From assembly GCA_030390025.1 (NCBI GenBank), contig CM059431.1, positions 103,604,001 to 103,668,000 of the forward strand: a stretch of 64,000 bases of DNA, in the 5' to 3' direction. This document shows, one piece after another, positions 25,337 to 37,542 of the stretch. Position 1 is the first letter of the stretch; every line of letters starts with the position of its first letter. This DNA is from Squalus acanthias (taxonomy: Eukaryota). Both the position numbers and the translations under genes were made by a program. Under the pieces are notes generated by a model that saw nothing but the letters and a program-made list of their open reading frames with translations, did not search any database and was not told where the DNA came from.

Positions 25337-27112
25337 GTCCGGAATTTTCCGGGGGGTCAGCGGGCGGGATTGGTGGCAGGTCGGGTGGGAAATTAGAATT
25401 TTTTTGACAACGGATTGGGACCCCGCTGTTGTCCCGCTGCAACGCGTCTTTCCCAATGATGCGAGTGTGATCTCTGTTCCGACCCGACTCGCAGAGGTGG
25501 GCGACCCAATTAAACCAATTATTGGATTGTTGACAGACCCTTCATAATGCTTTTAACCTTTCCTTTTAACTTGAACTGCTCGCCCATGGGGCCCACGCTT
25601 CTTGGGGACCACATCTGTGAACCTGAGGCAGGAGTTGAATGGCCATTGAATCAGTTGATTAGTTGACAGCTTGAAATGTGCTATAAAAGCTCCCACCTCA
25701 CAGCTGTTCACTTTTCAAGCGCAGAAGCTGTTGTTTGCTGCATTTGGAAGACAGATTGAGCTTTATGCAGGCTGCAAGTGTTTGGAGCAAACTCTCCATC
25801 TAGTGTCACCTCATTGGAACAACCTCTCTCACCATTGACAGATCGCTTCTGTCATCTCAACTTCACCTGCCATCTATTCCATCAACATGGGTGCCCTTTA
25901 TACTGTCTCACCTTGGTCCTCAGAATCCCACCACGATCAGCCCCAACACCAGCAGCACCGACAACACCACCAACCTTCTCCACAATCACCTGATGTTGCA
26001 CAGGACAGAAGGCATCAGCACCTGAGTACATTGCTGGCCGGGAGGCCACAGATGGCCTCACTATGGCCAGATTTACTTCACTTGGCGCTGTACACCCTGG
26101 CTGCCACATGATTTAACAGGTTGGCACCACCCCACACCAGCACCATAAAGCATCCCTACAATTTCCAAGCCTTTCCTTTCACACTCATCGCCATTGCAGG
26201 GGTACCGTTATGTCTCACCATTCACTGCAACTCACTAAACCACTTCCAAAGGTGCACACAAACCTGTCCAAGAACAGAAAGTGTTGAAAATAAAGGTTTC
26301 AATGTTTGACACCATATTAACAGAAACTTTACATGAACATTGGATAAAACACCCAAGTGGCTACCCTTGTGTGTTGTTAGTTGGTATGATTGCACTAGGA
26401 TGAGGGTGAGTGTGAGGGGTGGCTAGTGAGATGGGGATGTGATAATGTAGATAGAGAGAGAGAGGGATGGGTGGAGGTGCAAGGTAAGTTGGTGTGAGTA
26501 AGGATGTGCAGGAGTAGGGTAGGGAAGGCAGAGTGATGGGGATGTGATGAGAGGCACAGCAGGATGAGGTTGAGTGTGGCTTTGTACTAACGTTTCGTGA
26601 TCTAATGAGATCATTGAAACGTTTGCAGCACTGCACCCAGGTCCTCCTGACCACATCCCTGCTTGTGACCTCCTCTGCAATGTGCAACCAGACTGTGTTG
26701 ATCTCCTGGGGAGGTGTCTTCCGCCCATGGGAAGGGGAGAGGACCTCCCTGCATGCTGTGACTCCCTGCATAAGCATATGAAGGGAGTCATGGGAGAGCC
26801 TTGGTGCAGACGTGTACCTCTGTGCAGTGCTTGTCAGTGTTTGCAGCACCTCAATGCTGCAGAACACTGACAGCAGAAACTTCAAAAGTAAGGTGCCCAT
26901 GGTCCCTTTAAGGCAATCGGCTGATGACGCGTCATCAAGTGACGTCATCAGACCTGCTTCCTCTAATTGGACCGGGAAATGGGCTGGGCAGGCTTAACAA
27001 ACCCAATCAACGTAAATTCATTTTAGGCAGCGGGATGGAGCCAGCAGCGGGGCCGTGACCCACCACCGACATCGCCCGCCCCGGACCCACCAAGGTAAGG
27101 AAAATCCTGGCC
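25337..27112 (-). mobile_element. Internally deleted Harbinger relic retaining a Myb/SANT-like exon
   Basis: Minus strand ~26810-26592 encodes APRLSHDSLHMLMQGV...VWLHIAEEVTSRDVVRRTWVQCCKRFNDL, homologous to 39286-39050; right end ggaaaatcctggcc; left boundary uncertain. Confidence 0.6.
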
Positions 27113-27356
27113 AATTTTTTTAAACGCCACAATGTCTTATTTTATTTTTTATTGAGCTAAGGTATTCACTGATGAATCGGTGTTATATGGAAGTGCCCTA
27201 CCTATAACATTCCTGGAATAACGATGTTGTCACTGTGTACAAGGTTACCAGCGTGCTGGTTCGGTTACATGGGAAAAAGCAGGAAGATCCCATAACCCAC
27301 TATTGTTGGATGCAAAGGCTCTACTTCAGTAACCAGGGGGTTGAGTCAGACCTGGA

Positions 27357-27790
27357 ATGGGCCTATATTCTCTGGAGTTTAGTAGAATGAGAGGTGATCT
27401 CATTGAAACGTATAAAATGCTTAGAGGGCTTGACAGGGTAGATGCTGAGAGGATGTTTCCCCCGGCTGGAGAGCCTAGAACTAAGGATCATAGTCTCAGG
27501 ATAAGGGGTCGACCATTTAGGACTGAGATGAGGAGAAATGTCTTCACTCAGAGTGTTGTGAATCATTAGAATTCTAAAGTCCAGAGGGATTCAAGACTGA
27601 GATCGATAGATTTTTGGACTCGTTGAGTATATTCAAGGCTGAGATCAATAGATTCATGGGCATTAAGGGAATCAAGGGATATGGAGATCGGGCGGGAAAG
27701 TGGAGTTGAGGTCGATGATCAGCCATGATCTTATTGAATGGTGGAACAGGCTCGAGGGGCCATATTGCCTACTCCTGCTCCTATTTCTTA
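27357..27790 (+). mobile_element. CR1 LINE 3' end
   Basis: GLYSLEFSRMRGDLIETYKML...; CR1 3' UTR. Confidence 0.85.
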
Positions 27791-28146
27791 CCACCGATTC
27801 CTCTGCCTCTTTTTCTCCCATTGATCACCGGTGATAGAAAGAAAGAAAACAAGACTTGCATTTATAGAGATGGAGTTAGTGTGGCAGTGCAGCATAAGGG
27901 CCACAGAGTTTCAGTCTCGAGTTATACATGAACCTTGAACAAAGGGTCAAGGAGGAAGAGTCTGCACTGACCAGTAACTGCAAATGAAGACTTACTTTTA
28001 ATTGGAAACCGTATTAAAATCCAAACATACCATAATCTAACATGTTACCCCCCTCCTCATAGTATTTTGGAATAGTTTCTCACATATTTTTATGCACAAA
28101 GTGAGCAGCATCTACATTCCCTTACACAAAACCAGGGCTTTCCATG

Positions 28147-28567
28147 GGTCAGAAGATTATGGGTTCAAGTCCCACTCCAGAGACTTGAGCTCAAAAATCT
28201 AGGCTGGCACTCCAGTGCAGTGCTGAGGGAGTGCTGCACTGTCGGAGGTGCCGTCTTTCGGATGAGACATTAAACCGAGGCCCCGTCTGCTCTCTCAGGT
28301 GGACGTAAAAGATCCCATATCACTATTTCGAAGAGGAGCAGGGGATTTATTCCCCGGTCTCCTGGCCAATATTTATCCATCAATCAACATAACAAAAAAC
28401 AGATGATCTGGTCATTATCACATTGCTGTTTGTGGGAGCTTGCTGTGCGCAAATTGGCTGCCGCGTTTCCTACATTACAACAGTGACTACACTTCAAAAA
28501 GTACTTCATTGGCTGTAAAGAGCTTTGGGACGTCCGGTGGCCGTGAAGGGCGCTATATAAATGCAAG
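28147..28567 (+). mobile_element. DeuSINE
   Basis: B-box gggttcaagtccc, Deu core, tail ggcgctatataaatgcaagt. Confidence 0.88.
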
Positions 28568-28913
28568 TGTGGATTAATTGAGGAAAACCAGCACAGATTT
28601 GTTAAAGTCAAATCGTGTTTAACCAACTTGATTGAGTTTTTTGATGAGGTAACAGAGAGGGTTGATGAGGGCAATGCGGTTAACGTGGTGGACATGGATT
28701 TTCAAAATTCGTTTGACAAAGTGCCACGTAATAATTGCCAGCAAAGTTGAAGCCCGTAGAATAAAAGAGGCAGTGGCAGCATGGATACGAAATTGGCTAA
28801 GTGACAGGAAACAGAGAGTAGTGGTGAATGGTTGTTTTTCGGACTGGAGGAAGGTACACAGTGGTGTTCCCCAGGGGTCGGTTCTAGGACCACTGCTTTT
28901 CTTGATATATATT

Positions 28914-29667
28914 GGGCCAGAAATTCGGGTCGGAGGCTTCCCGCAGGTGCAAGCCCCCAACCTGCACTTACCTAGCGCGCCTGCCGTTGTGCTCTGGGCC
29001 CGCGTGGAATTCGGCTCCTGGGCCTCCTGCAGCTGCCGGCGCGCAGTGCTTGCGTATCCCAGGGACGCAGTTAGTTCGAAACGTCCCCTGGGATCACGTG
29101 GGCCATGGAGAGCCAATCGGAGCAGGGAATCTCCATTCATAGATTTGACAGGAAGACCGGCCCCATAGAGATCGGCCCCAAACCCTCACTAAAACTTCAA
29201 ATCATTGTTTTTTTAAATCACATTTTTAAAATAACTATAAATTACACAAAATATCTATTTTAAACAATAATATAATTTTTGAAAAAATTAATTACAGTTT
29301 TTAACGGGGCTAAAAATAAACGTACCTTTTTTTAAAGTATTTAAAAATAATAAACCTGTGGAAATTTTTTTTTAATTTTAGTTAATTCACCACTTACCTT
29401 GTTAAAAGCATGCCTTGCGCCTGCTTTTTCCCCGCGCAGCTGCTGGGGACTTACCCTCACACAGAAACCTGAAAAAAAAACGGAAGTCCGATGCGTGTGC
29501 GCTGCCTCTCCGGCGCACACGTTTGACCTCCGAACCCCTTCCTTCAAAGGAACGGAGGTTCCGGTTTCCAGCGCATGTGCAGTGCATGCGCGAAACCGGC
29601 ACTTTCGTTGGGTCTACAGGTGAGTACACAGCGCGTACTCACCCGTGGAGACCCGAATTTCTGGCCC
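28914..29667. mobile_element. ~750-bp MITE (GGCC-ended family)
   Basis: Perfect 16-bp TIR gggccagaaattcggg / cccgaatttctggccc; splits CR1 codons YI|ND; inverted relative to 61307. Confidence 0.9.
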
Positions 29668-30016
29668 AATGACTTGGATGTGGGTGTACAGGGGACAATT
29701 TCAAAATTTGCAGATGACACAAAATTTTGAAGCATAGTGAACAGTGAGGAGGAAAGCGATAGACTTTAAGAGGACATAGACAGGCAGGTGGAATGGGCGG
29801 ACACATGGCAGATGAAATTTAATGCAGAAAAGTGCAATGCGATACATTTTGGTAGAAAGAATGAAGAGAGGAAATATAAACTAAAGGGTACAATCCTGAA
29901 GGGTGTGCATGAACAGAGAGACCTGGGGGTATATGTGCACAAATCGTTGAAGGTGGCAGAGCAGGTTGAGAAAGCAGTTAAAAAAGCTTACGGGATCCTG
30001 GGCTTCATAAATAGAC

Positions 30017-31849
30017 GCTCTCAAGACCAACCGCAACATTGTCATCAAACCAGCGGACAAAGGAGGAGCCATCGTCATACAGAACAGAACGGACTATTGT
30101 AAAGAAGCATACCGACAACTGGACAACCAGGAACACTACAGACAGCTACCCGCAGATCCGACCAAAGAACACACCCGCCAACTCAATAGACTGATCAAGA
30201 CCTTCGATCCAGACCTTCAAAACATCCTACGCGCTCTCATCCCACGTACTCCCCGCTTGGGAGACTTCTACTGCCTCCCAAAGATACACGAAGCCAACAC
30301 ACCCGGACGTCCTATCGTATCAGGCAATGGAACCCTGTGTGAGAACCTCTCTGGATACGTCGAGGGCATTCTGAAACCCATCGTACAGGGAACCCCCAGC
30401 TTCTGTCGCGACACTACAGACTTCTTACAGAAACTCAGCACCCACGGACCAGTTGAACCAGGAACACTCCTTGCCACGATGGACGTATCGGCACTCTACA
30501 CCAGTATCCCCCACGATGACGGCATCGCTGCAACAGCCTCAGTACTCAACATCAACAACAGCCAATCTCCAGACGCCATCCTACAACTCATCCGCTTCAT
30601 CCTTGACCACAATGTCTTCACCTTCGACAACCATTTTTTTACCCAAACACACGGAACAGCCATGGGGACCAAATTCGCACCCCAATACGCCAACATCTTC
30701 ATGCACAAGTTCGAGCAAGACTTCTTCGCTGCACAGGACCTCCAGCCAACGCTGTACACCAGATACATCGACGACATTTTCTTCCTTTGGACCCATGGCG
30801 AAGGATCACTGAAAAGACTACACGATAACATAAACAAGTTCCATCCCACCATCAAACTCACCATGGACTACTCCTCAGAATCGGTCTCATTCCTGGACAC
30901 ACAAATCTCCATCAAAGACGGACACCTCAGCACTTCACTCTACCGCAAGCCCACGGACAACCTCACGATGCTCCACTTCTCCAGCTTCCACCCTAACCAT
31001 GTTAAAGAAGCCATCCCCTATGGACAAGCCCTGCGAATACACAGGATCTGCTCAGACGAGGAGGAACGCGATGGACACCTACGGACGCTGAAAAACGCCC
31101 TCGTAAGAACGGGATATGACGCTCGACTCATCGATCGACAGTTCCGACGGGCCACAGCGAAAAAACGCATAGACCTCCTCAGAAGGCAAACACGGGACAC
31201 AACCAACAGGGTACCCTACGTCGTCCAGTACTTCCCCGGAGCGGAGAAACTACGACATGTTCTTCGCAGCCTTCAACATGTCATCGATGACGACAAACAC
31301 CTCGCTAAGGCCATCCCCACGCCTCCACTACTTGCCTTCAAACAGCCGCCTAACCTCAGAAGTACCATCGTTCGCAGCAAATTACCCAGCTTTCAGGATA
31401 ACAGCGACCACGACACCACACAACCCTGCCATGGCAAACTCTGCAAGACATGCCAGATCATCAACACAGATACCACCATCACACGTGAGGACACTACCCA
31501 CCAGGTACATGGTACATACTCATGTGACTCGGCCAACGTTGTCTACCTCATACGTTGCAGGAAAGAATGCACCGCGGCATGGTACATCGGCGAGACCATG
31601 CAGACACTGAGACAACGTATGAACGAGCACCGCGCAACAATTGCCAGGCAGGATTGTTACCTCCCAGTCGGGGAACACTTCAGCAGTCAAGGACATTCAG
31701 CCTCGGATCTGCGGGTAAGCGTTCTCCAAGGCAACCTTAGAAACACACGACAACGCAAAATCATCGAGCAGAAACTGATAGCCAAGTTCCGCACTCATGA
31801 AGACGGTCTCAATCGGGATCTTGGGTTTATGTCACGATACATGACGTGA
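30017..31849 (+). CDS. Penelope RT / GIY-YIG endonuclease polyprotein (partial, no natural start)
   Basis: Frame open from the insertion junction: IKPADKGGAIV, FYCLPKIH, GRPIVS, MDVSALYT, GTAMG, YIDD, Cys linker PCHGKLCKTC, VVYLIRC...WYIGET...RQRMNEH. Confidence 0.9.
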   Translation, partial: ALKTNRNIVIKPADKGGAIVIQNRTDYCKEAYRQLDNQEHYRQLPADPTKEHTRQLNRLIKTFDPDLQNILRALIPRTPRLGDFYCLPKIHEANTPGRPIVSGNGTLCENLSGYVEGILKPIVQGTPSFCRDTTDFLQKLSTHGPVEPGTLLATMDVSALYTSIPHDDGIAATASVLNINNSQSPDAILQLIRFILDHNVFTFDNHFFTQTHGTAMGTKFAPQYANIFMHKFEQDFFAAQDLQPTLYTRYIDDIFFLWTHGEGSLKRLHDNINKFHPTIKLTMDYSSESVSFLDTQISIKDGHLSTSLYRKPTDNLTMLHFSSFHPNHVKEAIPYGQALRIHRICSDEEERDGHLRTLKNALVRTGYDARLIDRQFRRATAKKRIDLLRRQTRDTTNRVPYVVQYFPGAEKLRHVLRSLQHVIDDDKHLAKAIPTPPLLAFKQPPNLRSTIVRSKLPSFQDNSDHDTTQPCHGKLCKTCQIINTDTTITREDTTHQVHGTYSCDSANVVYLIRCRKECTAAWYIGETMQTLRQRMNEHRATIARQDCYLPVGEHFSSQGHSASDLRVSVLQGNLRNTRQRKIIEQKLIAKFRTHEDGLNRDLGFMSRYMT

Positions 31850-32182
31850 TCCGGACTCGAGTCGTCGTTAGCTTGTTCACAGATGTGATTCCCAGTAAAA
31901 AAGTAAAAATTTTCCCAGTAAAAAAGTAAATTTTTTTTAAAGCTTTTCGTTTTACATACAGACGGCAGCTTTTGACACGTTGGAACCCCTGCGACTACAC
32001 CTCATTGTCTCAGTTGTATCTTGCTATGTCTTTTGATGTGGTACCTTCCTGGCTGACTTAATTAACTTTATCACACCTCGGCAGATAGTCAGGATGATTT
32101 AATTTATTGGTCTGCAATTGTAAAGTACACATGCTTTTTTTTCCATCTATATATGCTCTGGCGATTCTGTATCCAATTTACT

Positions 32183-32220
32183 TCACCTGAGGAAGGAGCG
32201 ATAGCTCCGAAAGCTTGTGA
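32183..32220 (+). ncRNA. Minimal type-I hammerhead ribozyme motif
   Basis: tcac-CTGAGGA-a-ggagc(gata)gctcc-GAAA-gctt-gtga: stem I tcac/gtga, 5-bp stem II, palindromic aagctt in place of stem III. Confidence 0.75.
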
Positions 32221-33309
32221 TTTCAAATAAAACTGTTGGACTATAACCTGGTGTTGTGCGACCTCTCAATTTCATAAATAGAGGCATAGAGTACAAAAGC
32301 GTGGAAATTATGATGAACCTGTATAAAACACTGGTTCGGCCTCAACTGGAGTATTGTGTCCAATTCTGGGCACCGCACTTTAGGAAGGATGTGAAGGCCT
32401 GAGAGAGGGTTCAGAAAAGATTTACGAGACTGATTCCTGGGATGAGGGACTTCAGTTACGTTGATAGACTGGAGAAGCTGGGGTTGTTCTCCTTGGAGCA
32501 GAGAAGATTGAGAGGAGATTTGATAGAGGTGTTCAAAATCACGAGGGGTCTAGACAGAGTAGATAGAGAGAAACTGTTCCCATTGGCGGAAGGGTCGAGA
32601 ACCAGAGGACCCAGATCCAAGGTGATTGGCCGAAGAACCAAAGCAACATGTGGAAAAACTTTTTTACTCAGCGAGTGGTGGTGATCTGGAATGCACTGCC
32701 TGAAAGGGTGGTGGAGGCAGACTCAATCGTGGCTTTCAAGGAAAAAGATTTGCAGGGCTACGGGGAAAGGGCGGGGCAGTGCGACTAGCTGAAGTGCTCT
32801 TGCAGAGAGCCAGCACGGGCTCGACGGACCGAATGGCCTGCTTCTGTGCTGTAACCATTCTATGATTCTTTGATTCTAAGTCTTTCTTTCTTTCTATTGA
32901 TAAAATGCCATTGCTTAATCCAATACCGACTAAAATCTGGAGTACGCCGTGACATATTTCACTATAATTTTAGCCTGCACTTCCACTGAATTACACTTCA
33001 AACCTTACCCCCTCAGTGGAAATAAGAACCTACAAGATTGTTGCTTAAAAACTAATTTATCTTGTAGCCAAAGGAAGGAAAGTAGTTCCAAATACATAAG
33101 ATAAGATCGAGTGTGCCATTTAATAAAAATAAATGACAACATCCTTCATTTTAAAAGGCTGAGTGTAAGTACTGCTATATTCTGAATGCATTATAAAAAA
33201 TGATTAGCTTTGCATTTGAGAAACATAAACACTACAATGTTACTGTTCAACAAACACTGTGGCAGAAAGTTTTATACACCCATATTAATCTGCTGAATGA
33301 GGAAACTAT

Positions 33310-33950
33310 GGCCCAGAATTTGCTGAAAATATAAAGATGTGTGAACGACGCACGCCGTTCTTAACGCGCAAATTGTGTTGCGGCGAGGTGGAGATTCCCC
33401 ATCAGTTGCGAATCGCCACAGGTTTCTTGCCAATTTGCGCTGCTCTGCAAAAACAACAGCTCGCCCTCAACCTCCCCGCGAGTTTCATGAAGTTGCTGCA
33501 TTTGCGCGTTAATTACTCATTAAACTCACCGCAGAAAGTTAAGTCTGGTAAATAACAGCCTTTTAACGATGTGACGGTAGTTAATGACTATCAATCAACC
33601 TTTTTTTGCCCAGAAAGTGAACAATTAAAAGTGTGGAATCTCATTTCTTTAGGGTGTGAATTGTTGTTGGAGATTTTTAAAAAGTCAAATTTTAAAATTT
33701 TTATTTTTTTTTCTTACTTTTTCTCATTGTTTCTTTTTTTTCTCTCTCTTAATCCAATCTTTCTTTCCCTCTGTTTATTTATTTCTCTTTCGGTGCCTGA
33801 TTTGACATTGAATTCATTCTATTTCCTTTTGAGTCCTTCCTCTGTTTCTTTCTCAGTCCTTTAATCTCATGGGTTAAGGAGATAGACTGTTGGTCCCATC
33901 GTTCACCGAGGTCCCAGATGCCCTCGTCGCACACTTCCAGCAATGTACCG
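33310..33950. mobile_element. Decayed MITE-like element
   Basis: Starts ggcccagaattt like other GGCC-ended MITEs; GC-rich arm and T-rich core; partner end not identified. Confidence 0.4.
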
Positions 33951-34395
33951 AACTTTCCTGTTTCTATTTCTTTCAATGGGATTATTGATTTCCGCTCCCT
34001 CTCAGTGTGATATTCCGCCGGTCAGTAATTATTACACTGATTCACCACATCTCAATACCGGCTGTCAAGGTGTAAAATTGCATTTGGTCGTTTTCAACAA
34101 CAGTTTTACAATTAAAATTCCACCAGTATTTTCACACGCTGGTAAACCTTTCACGCCGTTTTCCTAAAAATCAATGACCTACAATTTCCTGAACACTTGC
34201 ACCGAAACAACGGGGTAATTATGGCGCGATGTCGATTTTTTTGGTGCGAAGGATCGAGGAAATTCAGGCGTAAGTGTCTCATACTCGTTTTTTACCTGCA
34301 ACCCGAATTTCCTCAATCTTTTACAACAAGTCCCCAAAACCACCAGCAAAACCCTCTGCCGCTCATTAACGTAGCACCTAGGCCCCCATGCTAAG

Positions 34396-34800
34396 TTTTT
34401 TTTTTATTCGCTTATGGGATGTGGGCGTCGCTGGCAAGGCCCAGCATTTATTGCCCATCCCTAATTGCCCCTTGAGAAGGTGGTGGTGAGCCGCCTTCTT
34501 GAACCGCTGCAGTCCGTGTGGTGATGATACTCCCACAACGCTGTTAGGGAGGAAGTTCCAGGATTTTGACCCAGCGACGATGAAGGATCGGCGATATATT
34601 TCCAAGTCAGGATGGTGTGTGACTTGGAGGGGAACTTGGAGGTGGTGGTGTTCCCATGCGCCTGCTGCCCTTGTCCTTCTAGGTGGAAGAGGTCGCGGGT
34701 TTGGGAGGTGCTGTTGAAGAAGCCTTGGCGAGTTGTTGCGGTGCATCTTGTAGATGGTACACACTGCAGCCACGGTACGCCGGTGGTGGAGGGAGTGAAA
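34396..34800 (-). mobile_element. CR1/L2-group LINE 3' end (family distinct from the main CR1 and L2 copies)
   Basis: HSLHHRRTVAAVCTIYKMH...RRSFIVAGSKSWNFLPNSVV; sister copies at 52078 and 53998. Confidence 0.8.
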
Positions 34801-35981
34801 CTCACGTGAACTTCTTGAATTTACGCCAGTTCTGAACTAGCTCTAAAATTTACAACTGAGGTTTTAGGTGCAGCAGAACTCCAAGTCATATTCCTGCTGT
34901 TATTTTTCAGCATTTATTTTATGTTGCTTATTTCTCCTCACTGAAACCTAAACAAGACTCAGGGGCGAGCGTGACACCCACTGTGGATGGGCTGGAGGAT
35001 GCATTTAAAAAATAAAATTTGTTCACAGGAGGTACGCTTCCGACCGCAAATTCCCAGTCAATACATTGAGCTGGAGCAGCTGTGGAATACTGTGCACGCG
35101 AATTGATGCCTTGGATTTTAAAGTTTTATAGATTGATATCTCCATGTTCTATAAATCACTGTTGATGCACAAAACCTTCGAGTTACTTTCGCTTGACTGG
35201 GAGGCTGCTCAAGAAGCCAACATTTGCACATTGCATTGATCAAACATCGACACCATGGGCTCAGGTTCCACTGCCTAAGTTTAATTGGAAAATCCTTTGC
35301 TGCAACCTGCTGCAGCTGCACGAGGATCAAATCTCCATTCAGCTTCTGAGAAAGGCCTTCACCATCAGCGGCGCATCACCGCATGTTTATTTGCATGTGT
35401 TTGCATATATTAGCATATGTAAATGGCTTGCTGAGGCAGGCGATTTGAATAATGCAAAACATAACTTCCAATTCGGTCCCTTAATTTGATGCTGGCGGTA
35501 TGCTCAGATGCCATTTGTAGAATAAATTGGCAGTTTTCCCCATTGAGTGAGGGCATTTCATGCCACATAATAGTCTAAGGGTTTTTAAAGTCCACAAGGT
35601 GCAATATTAACACTTAGGGGGAAAAATTCAGTTGATTAGCGCCTCCCGTTAGCGCCCTAAGAGGGCGCTAATGGGGCACAAAGCAACTAGCACCCGGGCG
35701 CGGCGATGTTTGCGCTACACTACCGCCACGATCTCCTGCGCCCACAGATCGTGACGTCAGTTGAGCGTGCAATACCCCGGTAGCGCCCCGGACCGGATAT
35801 TGAGTGGCGCCCCCTGCCTTTCCGCCTGCCGATAGCAACGACAGGTAGAGGGGAACGTTTTGCAGTTGGGAAGGGACTGGGGGAGTGCTACTTAAAAGTG
35901 GCCGCTTCCTGCCTTTTTTTGTCGGCGACATTTTTGCACCACGCAGTCTGAGAGAGAGAGAGAGACTTCTGGAGAGATTCA

Positions 35982-37109
35982 ATGCTGTGTGAAGGAGTTT
36001 TGGGTACTGAGCATCACTTTGCAGTTTCATTTTTATTTGACCTTCATTGCAACGATTTAGAAGAGACTGTGGGGGCTGCACTGATTCGGGGCGTCGTCCT
36101 GCACCTGCAGAATCGGAGGCAGCAGAGACGCAGAGAGAGAGTGGCAAACATGGCTAGAGGGAGGGAGGCCAACAGGCCTCTGCACAGGAGACCTTACCCT
36201 CCCAGGGTATTCCGGGAACAATTCTCCTACATTCATTTGTCTGAGGAGCAGTGTTTGCGCAGGCTGCGCTTCAGCAAGGAGGTGGTCACTGAGCTCTGCC
36301 ACCTGCTGCAACCAGATCTGCAGCCTCAACTGAGGACCAGGACGTCTCTGTCGGTGGCAGTGAAGGTGACAGTGGCTCTGAATTTTTATGCCAGTGGCTC
36401 CTTTCAAGCATCTACTGGGGACATCGCCAATATCTCCCAGTTCGCTGTCCATTGTTGTATCTGGGAGGTGACAAATGTCATGTATAAAAGGAGACGCCAG
36501 TACATCTCTTTCCCCATGACCTGGGCCAAACAGCATGAACGCACATGTGGCTTTGCTAGGATAGCGGGCTTCCCCATGGTGCAGGGCGCCATTGACTACA
36601 TGCATGTGACATTGCAGGCACCGCATGAAAATACAGAGGTATTCCGAAACCACAAGGGCTACCACTCCTTAAATGTGCAGTTGGTCTGTGACCAGACACG
36701 TCTCATACTCGCCGTCAATGCCCGCTATCCTGGCAGCAGCCACGATGCTTTCATCCTGCGCCAGACTGGTGTGCTAGACCTTTTCCAGGCAGTGCACCAG
36801 CCAAGTGGATGGCTCCTCGGGGACAAGGGTTATCCACTCTGCACCTGGCTGATGACACCGCTCCGTGACCCCAACACCCCTGCTGAGCTGTGGTATAATG
36901 AGAGCCATATCACCACCAGGAACATAATTGAGCAGACGATCGGCATGCTCAAGCAACGGTTCCGCTGTCTGGACCACTCAGGAGGAGCCCTGCAGTACTC
37001 TCCTGAGCTAGTCTCCCTCTTCATAGTTGTGTGCTGCATGCTTCACAACCTGGCAATCCTGAGGACCCAGCCAATGCCACCAGGGATTGGTGCACCACCT
37101 GAGGAGGAG

Positions 37110-37141
<32 letters not shown>

Positions 37142-37232
37142 TGATCAGCAGCAGCACCAACGTGGGAGGGAGGCCCACAATGTTCCCAGTGCAAGGGCCG
37201 TACGTCAATGGCTGATAACAAGCCGCTTCTAG
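35982..37232 (+). CDS. Harbinger (HARBI1-like) DDE transposase
   Basis: RRLRFSKE, VALNFYASGSFQ, GFPMVQGAID, SLNVQLVCD, YPGSSHDAFIL, GWLLGDKGYP, RNIIEQTIGMLKQRFRCL, CCMLHN, acidic tail; start uncertain (first ATG at 36150). Confidence 0.9.
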
Positions 37233-37542
37233 GCCCCTACTCAGAAGATGGCTTCTGGCATGGAGAATAACATCATGGAAAGCAACCCGCACCCCCTATT
37301 GCCAGCCAAAGCTGGAATGATTCAAAGGCCAAAAATGTAAATTTTGATTACAACAACTTTTTGCTTTAGCAAACTCTGTGTGTGTCATTTATTCAGGACA
37401 AACAATTAGAAAGAAACACAACAAATCATGAACTAACAGAACTGGTTCTCACAAGATGGAGATAAACGGCAAAACAGTAAACAAATGTATCACACAAACC
37501 TCAACCTTTACCACAAACATTCCCACCATTTCTTTAGACCTC

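Larger units (their letters stand above)
30016..32270 (+). mobile_element. Penelope-like retroelement (Neptune-like), 5'-truncated
   Basis: RT + GIY-YIG ORF, 3' UTR and hammerhead-bearing terminal repeat; ttcataaataga duplicated at 30004-30015 and 32271-32282. Confidence 0.95.
28568..32878 (+). mobile_element. CR1 LINE RT region to 3' end, interrupted by a MITE (28914-29667) and a Penelope (30016-32270)
   Basis: [18 protein letters not shown] | NDLD...KFADDTK...ILGFINR | GIEYK...: the reading is continuous across both insertions; tail attctatgattct. Confidence 0.9.

Noticed and set aside
31847..31849. TGA as a selenocysteine codon in the Penelope ORF
   Set aside because: It falls at the natural C-terminus after the endonuclease, and the downstream sequence differs between the two copies.
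36057..36665. 202-aa antisense ORF over the transposase
   Set aside because: Shadow ORF of a GC-rich coding strand; no independent features.
35982..37232. Domesticated host gene HARBI1
   Set aside because: It lies inside TIRs with a Myb partner and shows motif decay, so it is a transposon copy; no symbol assigned.
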